Positions 45,948-59,308 of a DNA stretch of 64,000 nucleotides are shown here, piece after piece. Source of the stretch: Macrostomum hystrix (taxonomy: Eukaryota; Animalia; Platyhelminthes); contig CATNEN010000031.1 in NCBI GenBank assembly GCA_950097015.1, positions 806,001 to 870,000 of the forward strand, written 5' to 3'. Position 1 is the stretch's first letter. Every line of letters begins with the position of its first letter. The position numbers and the translations under genes were made by a program. The notes under the pieces were generated by a model. That model was not told the origin of the DNA and did no database searches. It saw only the letters and a program-made list of their open reading frames with translations.

Positions 45948-46800
45948 ATCTGAGCGCAGTTAGATTAAGATCTGAGCACAGCTAGGTTTAGATCTGAGCA
46001 CAGTTAGATTGAGATCTGAGCACAGTTAGATTAAGATCTGAGCACAGCTAGGTTTAGATCTGAGCACAGTTAGGTTAAGATCTGGGCACAGTTAGATTAA
46101 GATCTGGGCACAGTTAGATTAAGATCTGGGCACAGTTAGGTTAAGATCTCAGCACAGTTAGATTAAGATCTGGGCACAGTTTGGTTAAGATCTGGGCACA
46201 GCTAGGTTAAGATCTGAGCACAGTTAGATTAAGATCTGGGCACAGTTAGATTGAGATCTGAGCACAGTTAGATTGAGATCTGAGCACAGTTAGATTAAGA
46301 TCTGGGCACAGTTAGATTAAGATCTGAGCACAGTTAGATTAAGATCTGGGCACAGTTAGATTAAGATCTGAGCACAGTTAGATTAAGATCTGAGCGTAGT
46401 TAGATTAAGATCTGAGCGTAGTTAGATTGAGATCTGAGCCCAGTTAGATTAAGATCTGGGCACAGTTAGATTAAGATCTGAGCACAGTTAGATTAAGATC
46501 TGGGCACAGTTAGATTAAGATCTGAGCACAGTTAGATTAAGATCTGAGCGTAGTTAGATTAAGATCTGGGCACAGTTTGGTTAAGATCTGGGCACAGCTA
46601 GGTTAAGATCTGAGCACAGTTAGATTAAGATCTGAGCACAGTTAGATTAAGATCTGAGCACAGTTAGGTTAAGATCTCAGCACAGTTAGATTGAGATCTG
46701 AGCACAGTTAGATTGAGATCTGAGCACAGTTAGATTGAGATCTGAGCACAGTTTGATTAAGATCTGAGCACAGTTAGATTAAGATTTGAGAACAGTTAGC
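45948..46800. repeat. 22-bp minisatellite (AGATCTGAGCACAGTTAGATTA)
   Basis: About 38 tandem units. Confidence 0.95.
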
Positions 46801-47566
46801 TTGTGAGCATTGAGGCCAGAGACCGAGAGACCGAGCAAGACGCCATGAAGTCGCTCAGTCGGAGGCCAATGGATTGAGTTCTGGTATTACTCAGAAAGAA
46901 AAAAAATAAGAAAGCCTCAGACCTAGAAAGGCTCAAATATTGTGACTGCTACTCACAGTTGGTCCAGCAGCTCGCTTGCCAGCGCTTCCTGTGAGCTCAG
47001 ACACACTCAACTGCCATTATCTGGCGCCAAGCCCGCACCTCTAGTTGCTACCCGAGGACTGCTCCACCCCCCTCATGACATCGAGTAGCTGTTCCTTCAC
47101 ATCCTTTCACGGGCGACAACTTCTGCAATATCTTTCGACACTCTTGTGCGGGAAGCCAGAGGTTGCAGAAGAAGATGAAGAATAGAATTGATTTGGGAGG
47201 CTGCGGGATGCTTGTGAATAGGTGCGAAAATCTGAAATTATGTTTGGCCACATGGCGACTTCCTGCCGCCGTCATTTGCCCCATCCCTCCCTCGACCTCT
47301 ATTAGGACCCCCTGCTGAGCTCGCGACAGCCTGGTTGACGCGGGTTCGTGCCCCGCTCACACCCGCACACTACTCACAGCTAGCATGGATTGTTCCCTTG
47401 TCCTCTGGAGGGCGCCGTTTTTTTTAATCTCCGCCGACCGGTCCAGCCACCCCCACCCCGCCCCGCCCCGCCCCCTGCTGAGACCGGCCGTCATAAATGC
47501 GAGTCACTTCAGCAATATTCAAATCAAATCGGGGAGGAGCTGGCCTCACCTTTCACCTCTGTGCTA

Positions 47567-47640
47567 CATGTCTGTCTGGCTGTCTGTCTGTCTGGCTGTC
47601 TGTCTGTCTGTCTGTCTGTCTGTCTGGCTGTCTGTCTGTC
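47567..47640. repeat. (CTGT)n microsatellite
   Basis: Seen directly; a shorter copy lies at 56232-56252. Confidence 0.9.
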
Positions 47641-48054
47641 TTTTGATTTCTTTCATTTTCCAATGCAATCCAATCCCAGCCCAGATTTGAGAACAGCTTC
47701 TCCGCAGGTGGTTCCGCTTCTATAGGCAACTGGCTAACTGTCAATTTTAGAGAAACTCGGAGTCTAGGACCATTGTTGAGTGGACTGGGCTTAGGTTCCA
47801 ATCTGTGCAAACCCTGGGCTATAATATGTGCTCCGTGTGCTCTACACTAAGCTAGCGTTTGCAATATTTAATTGATTGTCACTGCATAACTCAATTAGAA
47901 ATGAAATGCCACTTTCATGCTCTGCTAACACAGCAAAGCCTCCCTAGAAATTTAATTAATTGTCTGCACGAAATTCTTTGCATCTAATCATCTGGAAACT
48001 CGATCCATCAAATACAATAGCGAATTGAATACCAGCTTCATATTCTGTTTGTTG

Positions 48055-48776
48055 AATAGACCTGTGTACAGTTCCAGTCTGTCTAAATAGACCTGTGTAC
48101 AGTTCCAGCCTGTCTAAATAGATCTGTGTACAGTTCCAGTGTGTCTAAATAGACCTGTGTACAGTTCCAGCCTGTCTAAATAGATCTGTGTACAGTTCCA
48201 GTGTGTCTAAATAGACCTGTGTACAGTTCCAGTGTGTCTAAATAGACCTGTGTACAGTTCCAGTGTGTCTAAATAGATCTGTGTACAGTTCCAGTGTGTC
48301 TAAATAGACCTGTGTACAGTTCCAGTCTGTCTAAATAGACCTGTGTACAGTTCCAGCCTGTCTAAATAGATCTGTGTACAGTTCCAGTGTGTCTAAATAG
48401 ACCTGTGTACAGTTCCAGTCTGTCTAAATAGACCTGTGTACAGTTCCAGTCTGTCTAAATAGATCTGTGTACAGTTCCAGTCTGTCTAAATAGACCTGTG
48501 TACAGTTCCAGTCTGTCTAAGTAGATCTGTGTACAGTTCCAGTCTGTCTAAATAGATCTGTGTACAGTTCCAGTCTGTCTAAATAGATCTGTGTACAGTT
48601 CCAGTGTGTCTAAATAGATCTGTGTACAGTTCCAGTCTGTCTAAATAGACCTGTGTACAGTTCCAGTCTGTCTAAGTAGATCTGTGTACAGTTCCAGTCT
48701 GTCTAAATAGATCTGTGTACAGTTCCAGTCTGTCTAAATAGATCTGTGTACAGTTCCAGTGTGTCTAAATAGATCT
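48055..48776. repeat. 31-bp minisatellite (AAATAGACCTGTGTACAGTTCCAGTCTGTCT)
   Basis: About 23 tandem units. Confidence 0.95.
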
Positions 48777-48807
48777 AGATACTCAGAGTAAATAGGTACA
48801 CATAAGT

Positions 48808-49079
48808 GTACAGTTCCAGACTCACTATCAACACATCAGTGTACAGTTCCAGACTCACTATCAACACATCAGTGTACAGTTCCAGACTCACTATCAACAC
48901 ATCAGTGTACAGTTCCAGACTCACTATCAACACATCAGTGTACAGTTCCAGACTCACTATCAACACATCAGTGTACAGTTCCAGACTCACTATCAACACA
49001 TCAGTGTACAGTTCCAGGCTCACTATCAGCGCATACGTGTACAGTTCCAGGCTCACTATCAGCGCATCAGTGTACAGTT
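48808..49079. repeat. 33-bp minisatellite (GTGTACAGTTCCAGACTCACTATCAACACATCA)
   Basis: About 8 tandem units; shares a 14-bp core with the adjacent 31-bp array. Confidence 0.95.
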
Positions 49080-50255
49080 TCACCTCAGTGTGCTATCAGA
49101 CTATGTAATCCTAAATGTTGTGTCGCACGGAGCTGAAAAATCCCAAAATGAAAGTGTAATCGATTCTGAAATTCAAAAGCGGTAAAAAAGACGGTGCGCC
49201 AGCAGTTAAAAGCCCCCGTCACGCACACCTGGGCGCTGCGCTCCGACGGTTGCCGCTGAAGCTTTTCGAGGAATTTAAAGCGGCTGAGAAAAAAAACGGC
49301 AAATTTTAATTGAACTCCGGCCAAGCCGGGAGAATTAATGCGAAATCGCAGCCAGTTCAAGTCCATAGCTGGGCTGGGAGTCAGTGATTTGAACACAACT
49401 ATGAAGGGGTGGCAACACAAGCATATCGCTGCTGCAGAAATAGATATTGTGTGTGACTGCGTGAATTCTCCCATTTCATCCACCTGGGCACAGAGCTGGC
49501 AGCTGCCGGGGGGGCTTCATCAGATTCCGCTCGGCGCTGACCGGCCATTGTCCCGTTCACAGTGCTCTGCAATGCTAGGCCTGCATGAGCAGAGGACAGA
49601 CAAGTCCGCATCAGGCCAGGATGGGGGGGAGAGAAAGTGAGACTGACGCCGGGAGTTCTCTAGCAGCAGCAGCAGCAGCAGCGAAAAGCTCTGACAGTTC
49701 CGATGCATTTTCTGGGCTGGCAGAAGGCGGACCTGGCATTGTGAAGAGCCAGCCAGAAGCGGGAAGCTGTGAGCATTGGCGCGTCGGTTGAACAAAAGAC
49801 TCCGGCAGTGAATCGCACTGAGGCTGACACTGTGAGCACCGTGAGTAGCTGCTGGCGGCAGCCGGGCTCGCTTTGGGGAGAAAAGAAAACTTGTCTTGTA
49901 GTTTTTTTCCTCTAGCAGGCCCTTTTAAACACGGCCGGGGAGGGTCGGCCGGGTTAGGCGGACAACGGAGCAGGCGAGCTGTCTGAAAATTGTGAAGAAT
50001 AAAAAAATGCTCAGCCTGCACTCACTCTGTCTCACTCTCCGTCACTTGAGTATTTTGTCTGCTCAAACCCGGCCTTGCAGATGGGATGAGTATAGTTATT
50101 GAAAGTGAGACAGAGAGAGCGAGTAGTAGCGACCACCAAAATTTTACGAGTACTCCAGAAGCGATAAAAAGTCCATAGAGAACCAATTTTAAAAGCAACA
50201 CTCGGCTGTATTAAAAATGGGGGACACAGGGCGGGACTGTGGATTTGTCTCGGCT

Positions 50256-51320
50256 GGGATGGGAGAAGGAGGGGGAGAAAACTGAGAAGGGATGGGAGAA
50301 GGAAGGGGAGAAAACTGAGAAGGGATGGGAGAAAGAGGGGGAGAAAACTGAGAAGGGATGGGAGAAGGAAGGGGAGAAAACTGAGAAGGGAGGGAGAAGG
50401 AGGGGGAGAAAACTGAGAAGGGATGGGAGAAGGAAGGGGAGAAAACTGAGAAGGGAGGGAGAAGGAGGGGGAGAAACTGAGAAGGGATGGGAGAAGGAGG
50501 GGGAGAAAACTGAGAAGGGATGGGAGAAGGAGGGGGAGAAAACTGAGAAGGAATGGGAGAAAGAGGGGGAGAAAACTGAGAAGGAATGGGAGAAGGAGGG
50601 GGAGAAAACTGGGAAGGGATAGGAGAAGCAGGGGGAGAAAACTGAGAAGGGATAGGAGAAGCAGGGGGAGAAAACTGAGAAGGGATGGGAGAAGGAGGGG
50701 GAGAAAACTGAGAAGGGATGATGGTAGAAGGAGGGGGAGAAAACTGAGAAGGGATGATGGTAGAAGGAGGGGGAGAAAACTGAGAAGGGATGGGAGAAGG
50801 AGGGGGAGAAAACTGAGAAGGGATGATGGTAGAAGGAGGGGGAGAAAACTGAGAAGGGATGATGGTAGAAGGAGGGGGAGAAAACTGAGAAGGGATGATG
50901 GTAGAAGGAGGGGGAGAAAACTGAGAAGGGATGGGAGAAGGAGGGGGAGAAAACTGAGAAGGAATGGGAGAAGGAGGGGGAGAAAACTGGGAAGGGATGG
51001 GAGAAGGAGGGGGAGAAAACTGGGAAGGGATGGGAGAAGGAGGGGAAGAAAACTGGGAAGGGATGGGAGAAGGAGGGGGAGAAAACTGGGAAGGGATGGG
51101 AGAAGGAGGGGGAGAAAACTGGGAAGGGATGGGAGAAGGAGGGGAAGAAAACTGGGAAGGGATGGGAGAAGGAGGGGGAGAAAACTGGGAAGGGATGGGA
51201 GAAGGAGGGGGAGAAAACTGGGAAGGGATGGGAGAAGGAGGGGGAGAAAACTGAGAAGGGATGATGGTAGAAGGAGGGGGAGAAAACTGAGAAGGAATGG
51301 GAGAAGTGGGGGGGAGAAAA
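50256..51320. repeat. 33-36-bp purine-rich minisatellite (GGGATGGGAGAAGGAGGGGGAGAAAACTGAGAA)
   Basis: About 31 tandem units. Confidence 0.95.
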
Positions 51321-52021
51321 AAGGAGCGGGGAGAAAACGGAGTAGAGGTCGCTATCGGTATGCGACTCATATTCGGTTATCCAGGTAAAAAATAACTTTC
51401 GTAGAGCATATAGCGAGTCCAAGCGATTGTGGGCAATGCTTAACGCACGCGCACAGGCCAGCAGCTATCGCTGGGTGCTCAGACATGCTCAGAACACCTT
51501 GTTTAAATGCTGTTGTCAGGCTCGCCACGGGGAGCAGTTCGAGAGTGCGTGGGGGTGCGCCCCACGGAAGAATTGGGAAGTGAGAAGTGGTAGTGAAACT
51601 CCAGAAATCGGGCCACTCAATGCATAGGAGAGTCGGGGCTTCCCTATGCAGAGGAGTTTGCCAAAGCTCCCACGCTGTTCTGTGGGCTTCAGCTAACTAA
51701 TATTCAATAGACCGATCGCATAGTAAACTGAGAGCATTGTGAAACAGATGAAGTCAGCAGAGCAACCCTCACTGTGCTCACTAATACTCAATTGCTCATC
51801 TGTGGGGCTTCCCTTTCATTCGATGGCGGGGCCATTGCGGTCTGGCCAGATCCCAGTCATGTTCAATAGAATCTAAGCGACACGCGGCCTTAACTAAAGC
51901 TTGACTGGCTGAATTGACTGAAGCTAATATTTATATACTGCTTTTAAGGACAGTTGGGAAAGAACACTTGGCCAAATTTTATCCCACTCTAATGACCTAC
52001 TCATACCTTCCCTTTAGTTCA

Positions 52022-52190
52022 CTGTCATTCTCCCCTTGTCTCTGTCTCATTCTCCCCTTGTCTCTGTCTCATTCTCCCCTTGTCTCTGTCTCATTCTCCC
52101 CTTGTCTCTGTCTCATTCTCCCCTTGTCTCTGTCTCATTCTCCCCTTGTCTCTGTCTCATTCTCCCCTTGTCTCTGTCTCATTCTCCTGT
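52022..52190. repeat. 22-bp pyrimidine-rich minisatellite (TCTCCCCTTGTCTCTGTCTCAT)
   Basis: About 7.5 perfect units. Confidence 0.95.
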
Positions 52191-55100
52191 CTTAGTCATG
52201 TTTCACTTGATTAGACAATCTATAACACCCAATGTTCGAATCTACAAGCCGTGTTTGAAATAGAAAAGCAAAATGCTTCCCAAAAGTTGAAAGTGATTTA
52301 AAAACACATTGTAAGGAGAGTTAATTGTAAAAAATAATTCCTGTCGCAAATTCTTAAAGACACCATCAAGGTGTGAGTGTCATATTTCCTGTTAAAGCAA
52401 TTTTTGAAGCCATCCATTGTTTTGAATGTGATGGCGCCGGGTTCCTCCAGACTCGCCAATCAGTTGTAATTAGGAGACTCGGAGGTCACAAGGCACGCAG
52501 TCACGGAATGAGCGACTTTGCGGCCTCCCATTGGAACAATGCCGCTGCAGAGCTAGCTTGTCTAGTTGGACAAGGAGGCGGGCAGGGACTGACCACGCCC
52601 ACCTGCTTCAGATGGGATGTCTCAACTTTTTCTCAACGAGGTCTTGGTCAGAAATCACCTGACAAAGTGATTTGGCCCCCGGGGGTGTCGGTGGTGCGGG
52701 GCTCTATTTAGCAGGTATTGGGCGGCAGAACATGATGATTTCACAGATCAGTTCTCGCACGCACGAGCTCAGGGGAACACGACCAACGACTTCCGCTCTG
52801 CCGCTCGGTCTCCCAATTTCGGAGCCCTGTTACGCGGAACAGTAGACAGAATTGTGGGATTCTTTGACAATGTGGAGTTGTTGCGATAGATAACCAGAGA
52901 AGAGCTCTTGTTAACTCCGTCCTGCCCTCTTGGCCTCCCCTCCTTCATCAAAAATCCCTTTTGGCTTTCCCTCTCAGCTTCCTTCCTCTTCTCCGTCTGT
53001 TTTTGTCGCGGCTCTGTCGGCGTTCGACCAAATCCGTGGGTCGAATAGCAATTCGACCAAATTGGCTCGAATAGGGGAAAATTCTCCCCTGCAGCCTTCC
53101 GGCGGCCCCGCTTTGACCCGCCCGGTTAGCGGGAAGAAGCCACGCTCTGATGGTATTTCTGCGCATCAAAGCAATGGGAATTTAGACACCTAAATTTAGG
53201 CAGCAATTACTTCTCATGGAATCGACTCATAGCTCATAGCCTTCTCCAAGGCCTCTTATCTGCCTTTCTCTTCCCCTCTTCCTGTGTCTTGGAAATCGAT
53301 TCTGGCTTTTGTTGTTGATTGCAGCAGATTAGCATTTGTGCTCATCTTCCTCTTGTCTGCTTCTCCCGAGCCGAGCCAGGGGAACCACTTCACGGCGTCA
53401 TGCTGTCGTCAGGCCGGTGCCGGCCGGTCTTGCCCGATCCTGCCATTTCTGCAACAACAAAAAGCAGCCTCAACCTAAACGCTGCCCACGTCCAATGATT
53501 CGATCCAATATCCCCACTCTTTCACAATTGTCTTCTCTGTGTGAGTGTTTTTGTCGGCGACCGAAAGTCTGTTAATTTTGTTCAGAAATTGTCAGCCCGG
53601 GGTCATTCTGGTGCCCCGAAAGTGGCTGAAAACAAGCGGGGGAACATTTTTTATAAATGCAACACAATCGGAAACTGCCTGTGAGAGAGAGAGTCGGTGA
53701 GACAGCCCACACAGCTCAGATCCAAGGATGTGATGGCGGGATTTTAACCAACGATGGGAAAACTATTTCTCATCTTCACTTCCCACATTCGCATAGCCGA
53801 AGAGCAAGAGGAGGAGGAAGAGAGGAGCCTCAAAGGATCTGGGCCTGTTTCGCGTTCTTAAAAAGTGACGCGGATCACACTTTCGGCTTCTTTTACTGAA
53901 TTTGCTGACTTCCCGATCGAGGCAGCGTGCAAATTCAATTTTTTTTCTCTGCATCTCTTTTCAGCTCAATTGTTGCTGCTGCTGCTGCTGCTTCTCCATT
54001 GTCCGACAAAAAATTGCCGCGGCTGCGATGTCGAAGGAAAGGAAATCCCTTTGGTTAGCCACCAAAATTTCCCCCCGGTTCCTGCCGCGCTCGACTTCCG
54101 CGGCCGCCAACTTTTGCTCCTCCCATTCTGTCAGTTTTTTCCCCCAAAATTTTGTAGGAAGCGAGTCCCTGGCCGGATGAGAATGAATCTTGCATTGTTG
54201 TTCAGTAGCTTCATAACTTTTCTACTCGATTTTAATGAAAATTCAAATCAGCGACGAGACAATTCTGCCGATTTCGCTGACTCCTGATACTGTACGCAGG
54301 CACTCGGTCACACAGGTGTTTACATCTGCCCCGACTTTCTCAGCGTCAGGCAGTGTACAATATCACTGTGGCCCTCAAGGGCCCAAAATGTGGCCTCGCC
54401 GCGGAATCGAGCTCAAGGGACCGTCCTGGGTGCGAGACCGCTCTGCCACCTCGCCCTCAGTGACTGTCTCAGCACTATTTCCCATTGCTTCAGATCACCC
54501 ATCTGTGGGTGTGTACAAGTTGCTGCGGCCGAGACACTGGCTGCACATGCGCCACGAGTTTAAATAATAATAAAAAGTTTAAAACAAGCAAAGTGACAGG
54601 GCAGTTTGGCAGCTGTCAGTTTGGGAAATGTCAGTGTGTCTAGCGCCTATATCCTGCCTGTCCATGAAGGCTTTCAGTCGTTTTTTTTCGAGAGTGTAAA
54701 AATTGGGAATAAAGTGGAATAATGAAAGCGCGAAAGTGGCACCCGAGTCGATGAAAAAACTCCTCACTCTCTCTCTTCCAACTGCACTTTGGGTTGCTGG
54801 GCGGATTGCAAGCAGCGAAGCCTTATTGAAATCCTCCAATATTGGGAAGATTGTGAGAACAGTTTGACACCTACTCAGAGAAGCCAAGCACTCAGTGTGG
54901 CAATTGTCGGAAGCTGACTGGTGGCATCTCAAAAGAAAAAATAGCAATTTTTATTGTAGCAATTCCCAGACTCAGCAGGGGTATTAGGGGGGGCGTTTTA
55001 GCACACCGCTTGGATACACGGGTTCTGTGCGAAAGCTAATTGGCGCTTTAGAGTCTTCTGCTTTTTCTAATCTCACCTGGAAATATTTATCAAATGCTTA

Positions 55101-55261
55101 TAGAATTGGCGCCAAGTTACAAAAAGTCGCTAAGCAATCGAATGAGCACAGATTTCTTCTTCACTCACTTCATACATGATGGATCATTAGCAAAACTTGC
55201 GCTAAAAGCTTTCATCACTCACTCTGCTGCATCACTTTCATTGTTGGGCTTGCCTGTGAGA

Positions 55262-55825
55262 GGAGAGAGAGGAGAATGGGAGAGAGGGGAGAATGGGTGA
55301 GGGGAGAATGGGAGAGAGGGGAGAATGGGTGAGAGGGGAGAATGGGTGAGAGGGGAGAATGGGTGAGAGGGGAGAATGGGTGAGAGGGGAGAATGGGTGA
55401 GAGGGGAGAATGGGTGAGAGGGGAGAATGGGTGAGAGGGGAGAATGGGTGAGAGGGGAGAATGGGTGAGAGGGGAGAATGGGTGAGAGGGGAGAATGGGT
55501 GAGAGGGGAGAATGGGTGAGAGGGGATTGGGGATAAAAGGGGAGTATGGGATGAGAGTGGAGTAGGAATGATAGTGGAGTAGGGATGAGAGTGGAGTAGG
55601 GATAAAAGGAGAGTATGGGATAAGTGTGGAGTAGGGATGAGAGTGGAGTAGGGATAAAAGGAGAGTATGGGATAAGTGTGGAGTAGGGATCAGAGTGGAG
55701 TGGGGATAAAAGGGGTAGTATGGGATGAGAGTGGAGTAGGGATGAGAGGGAAGAATGGGTGAGAGGGGAGAATGGGTGAGAGGGAGTAGGGATGAAAGGG
55801 GAGAATGGGTGAGGGGGAGAATGGT
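55262..55825. repeat. 17-bp purine-rich minisatellite (GAGAGGGGAGAATGGGT) with a degenerate 3' part
   Basis: Tandem units seen directly. Confidence 0.92.
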
Positions 55826-58371
55826 AGACTGAGCTGATCGTTCGAGTCACATCTGCATCACGTGAGCCGTAGGAATTTAATTGCAATTTTAGCACATGGC
55901 AACATTGCGATTTTTCTGCCCAGTCTTGCATATCATGTTAAGCAAACACGAAAATAACTAGTTAAGAATTGTTTTAAGAAACCGCTGTTTATCTGCTTAT
56001 TTTACTATGTAAATCCCCTGGCTTATCCGTGACGCATTCGAGTTGCTGCTCCTACAATGTTATTCGAAGGATTTAACTCTTTAATCTGTTAAATTTGACT
56101 TGGAAGCGGTAGTTAATATTGCAACAGTCTTGTCTCTAAGCAAGCTTTCTCTCGCTTGAGCAAAGACCTAAAACAGACAAATTTTGAGAAAATGAGAGTG
56201 AATTGATTAATTAATTTTGTCTTTGTCTTTGTCTGTCTGTCTGTCTGTCTGTCTAACACAATTCTTGAAGCCAATGATCCCCAGCAGTCCAGGTGAAAGG
56301 CGGGCAGGTATGCATGAGGCATAAAAAATCATTTGTAGCATTGCATTGGCCAGGTAAAAATCTAATATATAACAACGCATCTCTCAGTAGAGAAGGTGAG
56401 CGAGAGTTGCGGAAGACTCAGCCAGGGCAGCCCTGTTCATTGAGCACATATGAGCACATTTGCACGGCTGGTATTAGCAAACCAGACAAAAGAGTAACAA
56501 AGTGGGTTGTGAGTCGCTTACAATGCCTTCACTTGTATTTTCTTTTTTATTCCATTCAATTTAACGATTAAAGCCCCCAGTGCGATGCGGTGAATTATTG
56601 AGCAGACTCAAGCTGTGAGACGCACGCGGAGCACAATCTGGCCTTTCCCACCCATGGGGATGCCTCATCCCACAGCGCTTTCACCATTCAGCTCACCCCC
56701 CCTAAGTAGGTTGTGCATTTCCGCTGTTGGTGTGCCTCCGTGACAAAGGACAAGATTTAGTTGCTGTCCACAGATTTTGTTGTCTGTCAATTTTTTAATT
56801 CGAACGGAAGTCGAATTTGGGATCTCAACTCACAATGCCCCCCTCAGCTTCCCTGACGCGCCATCATATCGTCCTGCTCCGATGTTTCAATTGTTGAATG
56901 TATTGAGCCTGCAGTTCCCGCGGTGCCATCAACCTACTGTGACCTGCTGGCTCTCCCAGTGCGCGACACCCGCTCAGATACCGGAGCTGCGCCATCACCC
57001 CCTCCCCTGAAGTCGTGCATCGTCAGGACCGCCTGTAGAGGAATGCTTCCTGAATTAGGGGAATCGCCAGCAAGCTTTGGTTGTCAAGGCACGCTTGTCA
57101 AATATGATAGAGATGATGGTCCCAGATTTAGGCCAGTGAAAATTGACGTGACACTAACAACAACCAACTGGATGCTCTTGGCTCCGTCATTCACCGTTTT
57201 GCTAGCAACTGGGTCAATGAGCAGCTTTTGATAACCTCAACAAAGATGCGCGGAGTGCTTTTTTTCCTGAAGTTGCCAAAATTTTCATTTTTGAGAACAA
57301 AAAGAAAGTAAATTTTGAGCAATAATCTATGAGTTGCACGTGCGTATTGTTCTAGGATCCTACAGAAATGTATGCACATACCATGTGAAAGCAAGATGGT
57401 GGGGCGCTAGACAAATAAAGAATTCTGAAAACAATGTCAAAGCAAATTCTCGTATTTTATAGAATCGCAGGCCAGCAGACAAATGGGCAGGTGTTTAGAG
57501 CACGCACAGGTATAGCCACACTTTCTCTATTTAGTTGACATATAAAAATTATAATAGAAGCACACAGCAGACACTGATTTCATGTCCAGCATAGCCGCTA
57601 GTGCATCGGCTTTTTGTATTTGGCAGGTGAAGTGTAGTGTGAGCTCACGCACTGGGTGTCGCATGCAGCTCATATCCGTGGCGATGATCTGCTCAGATTG
57701 TGGCTGTGGGGTGGCGGGTGCATAGGCAGGTAAAATCCCCAATCAGGCGTATATTATATCCCAGCTGTGTGCCCGCGGGAATCGGGCACCAATGCTAGCA
57801 TGCCCAGCAGGCAAAATCAACAACTGGTCAGGTGTGAAGAAATTGACTTCTTCTTTTTCTCTAATCCTATATAGGCCTTGCTGTGAGCTCTGTTCACAGC
57901 AGCATCAAGGCATTTCCCAGCTCCTTTGTACTCACAGAGCCAGGTCTATGCATAGTCTGGACAATAAGATCCTGATTTTATGTAGGCTTGCCTCAGTTTG
58001 AACAAAGACCGCTCATTAGGTATTATTGGCCCTGCACCACAGTTGGTCCTTGTAGCTTAAAAATATTCACTGATTTAAAAAACAATTGAATAGTTCTAAA
58101 GAAAACTTTAATGCTTAGTTAAATCGATTCCTAATTGGTCAGTATATTAAGCACAGGTGTAAAAAGCACAGATTAACATATGTTATACCACTTGCTGTTC
58201 GAATCTTTTAGAATCACAGCATTAGTTTGCATTGTCAGGCGTGTAAAAACAGCAGGTACTCAATTATAGCATTACGCTTTGTGACTTTAATTAGTAATAA
58301 CACTTTAAAACAATGCCAAGGCTTAGAAAGGAGACAAAATCTAAAAATAATAATAGTACTGGTGCCCTAAT

Positions 58372-59308
58372 CAGTAATCAGTAATATAGTAATCAGTAAT
58401 ATAGTAATCAGTAATATAGTAATCAGTAATACAACTGACACTCATGCTTAATCAACTGACACTCATGCTATATCAACTGACACTCATGCTTAATCAACTG
58501 ACACTCATGCTTAATCAACTGACACTCATGCTATATCAACTGACACTCAGATGCTATATCAACTGACACTGATGCTATATCAACTGACACTCATGCTATA
58601 TCAACTGACACTCAGATGCTATATCAACTGACACTGATGCTATATCAACTGACACTCAGATGCTATATCAACTGACACTGATTCTATATCAACTGACACT
58701 GATGCTATATCAACTGACACTGATGCTATATCAACTGACACTCAGATGCTATATCAACTGACACTGATGCTATATCAACTGACACTGATGCTATATCAAC
58801 TGACACTCAGATGCTATATCAACTGACACTGATGCTATCAACTGACACTGATGCTATATCAACTGACACTGATGCTATATCAACTGACACTGATGCTATA
58901 TCAACTGACACTGATGCTATATCAACTGACTGATGCTATATCAACTGACACTGATGCTATCAACTGACACTCATGCTATATCAACTGACACTGATGCTAT
59001 ATCAACTGACACTGATGCTATATCAACTGACACTGATGCTATATCAACTGACACTCAGATGCTATATCAACTGACACTGATGCTATATCAACTGACACTG
59101 ATGCTATATCAACTGACACTGATGCTATATCAACTGACACTCAGATGCTATATCAACTGACACTGATGCTATATCAACTGACACTGATGCTATATCAACT
59201 GACACTGATGCTATATCAACTGACACTGATGCTATATCAACTGACACTGATGCTATATCAACTGACACTGATGCTATATCAACTGACACTGATGCTATAT
59301 CAACTGAC
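58372..59308. repeat. 15-bp (AGTAATATAGTAATC) array followed by a 21-bp (ATCAACTGACACTGATGCTAT) array
   Basis: About 4 and about 41 tandem units respectively. Confidence 0.95.

Noticed and set aside
50127-51354. hAT-like element bounded by TAGCGACC/GGTCGCTA around the purine array
   Set aside because: Only an 8-bp inverted match, and the flanks (GCGAGTAG versus TCGGTATG) show no target-site duplication.
50189-51422. Extensin/mucin-like ORFs (PSPIPSQFSPP; FSVFSPSFSHP)
   Set aside because: Open in several frames only because the 33-bp purine array lacks stops; no splice or domain support.
9246-59308. Regular repeat arrays as CRISPR loci
   Set aside because: Units are head-to-tail with no unique spacers, there are no cas genes, and the context is eukaryotic and intron-rich.
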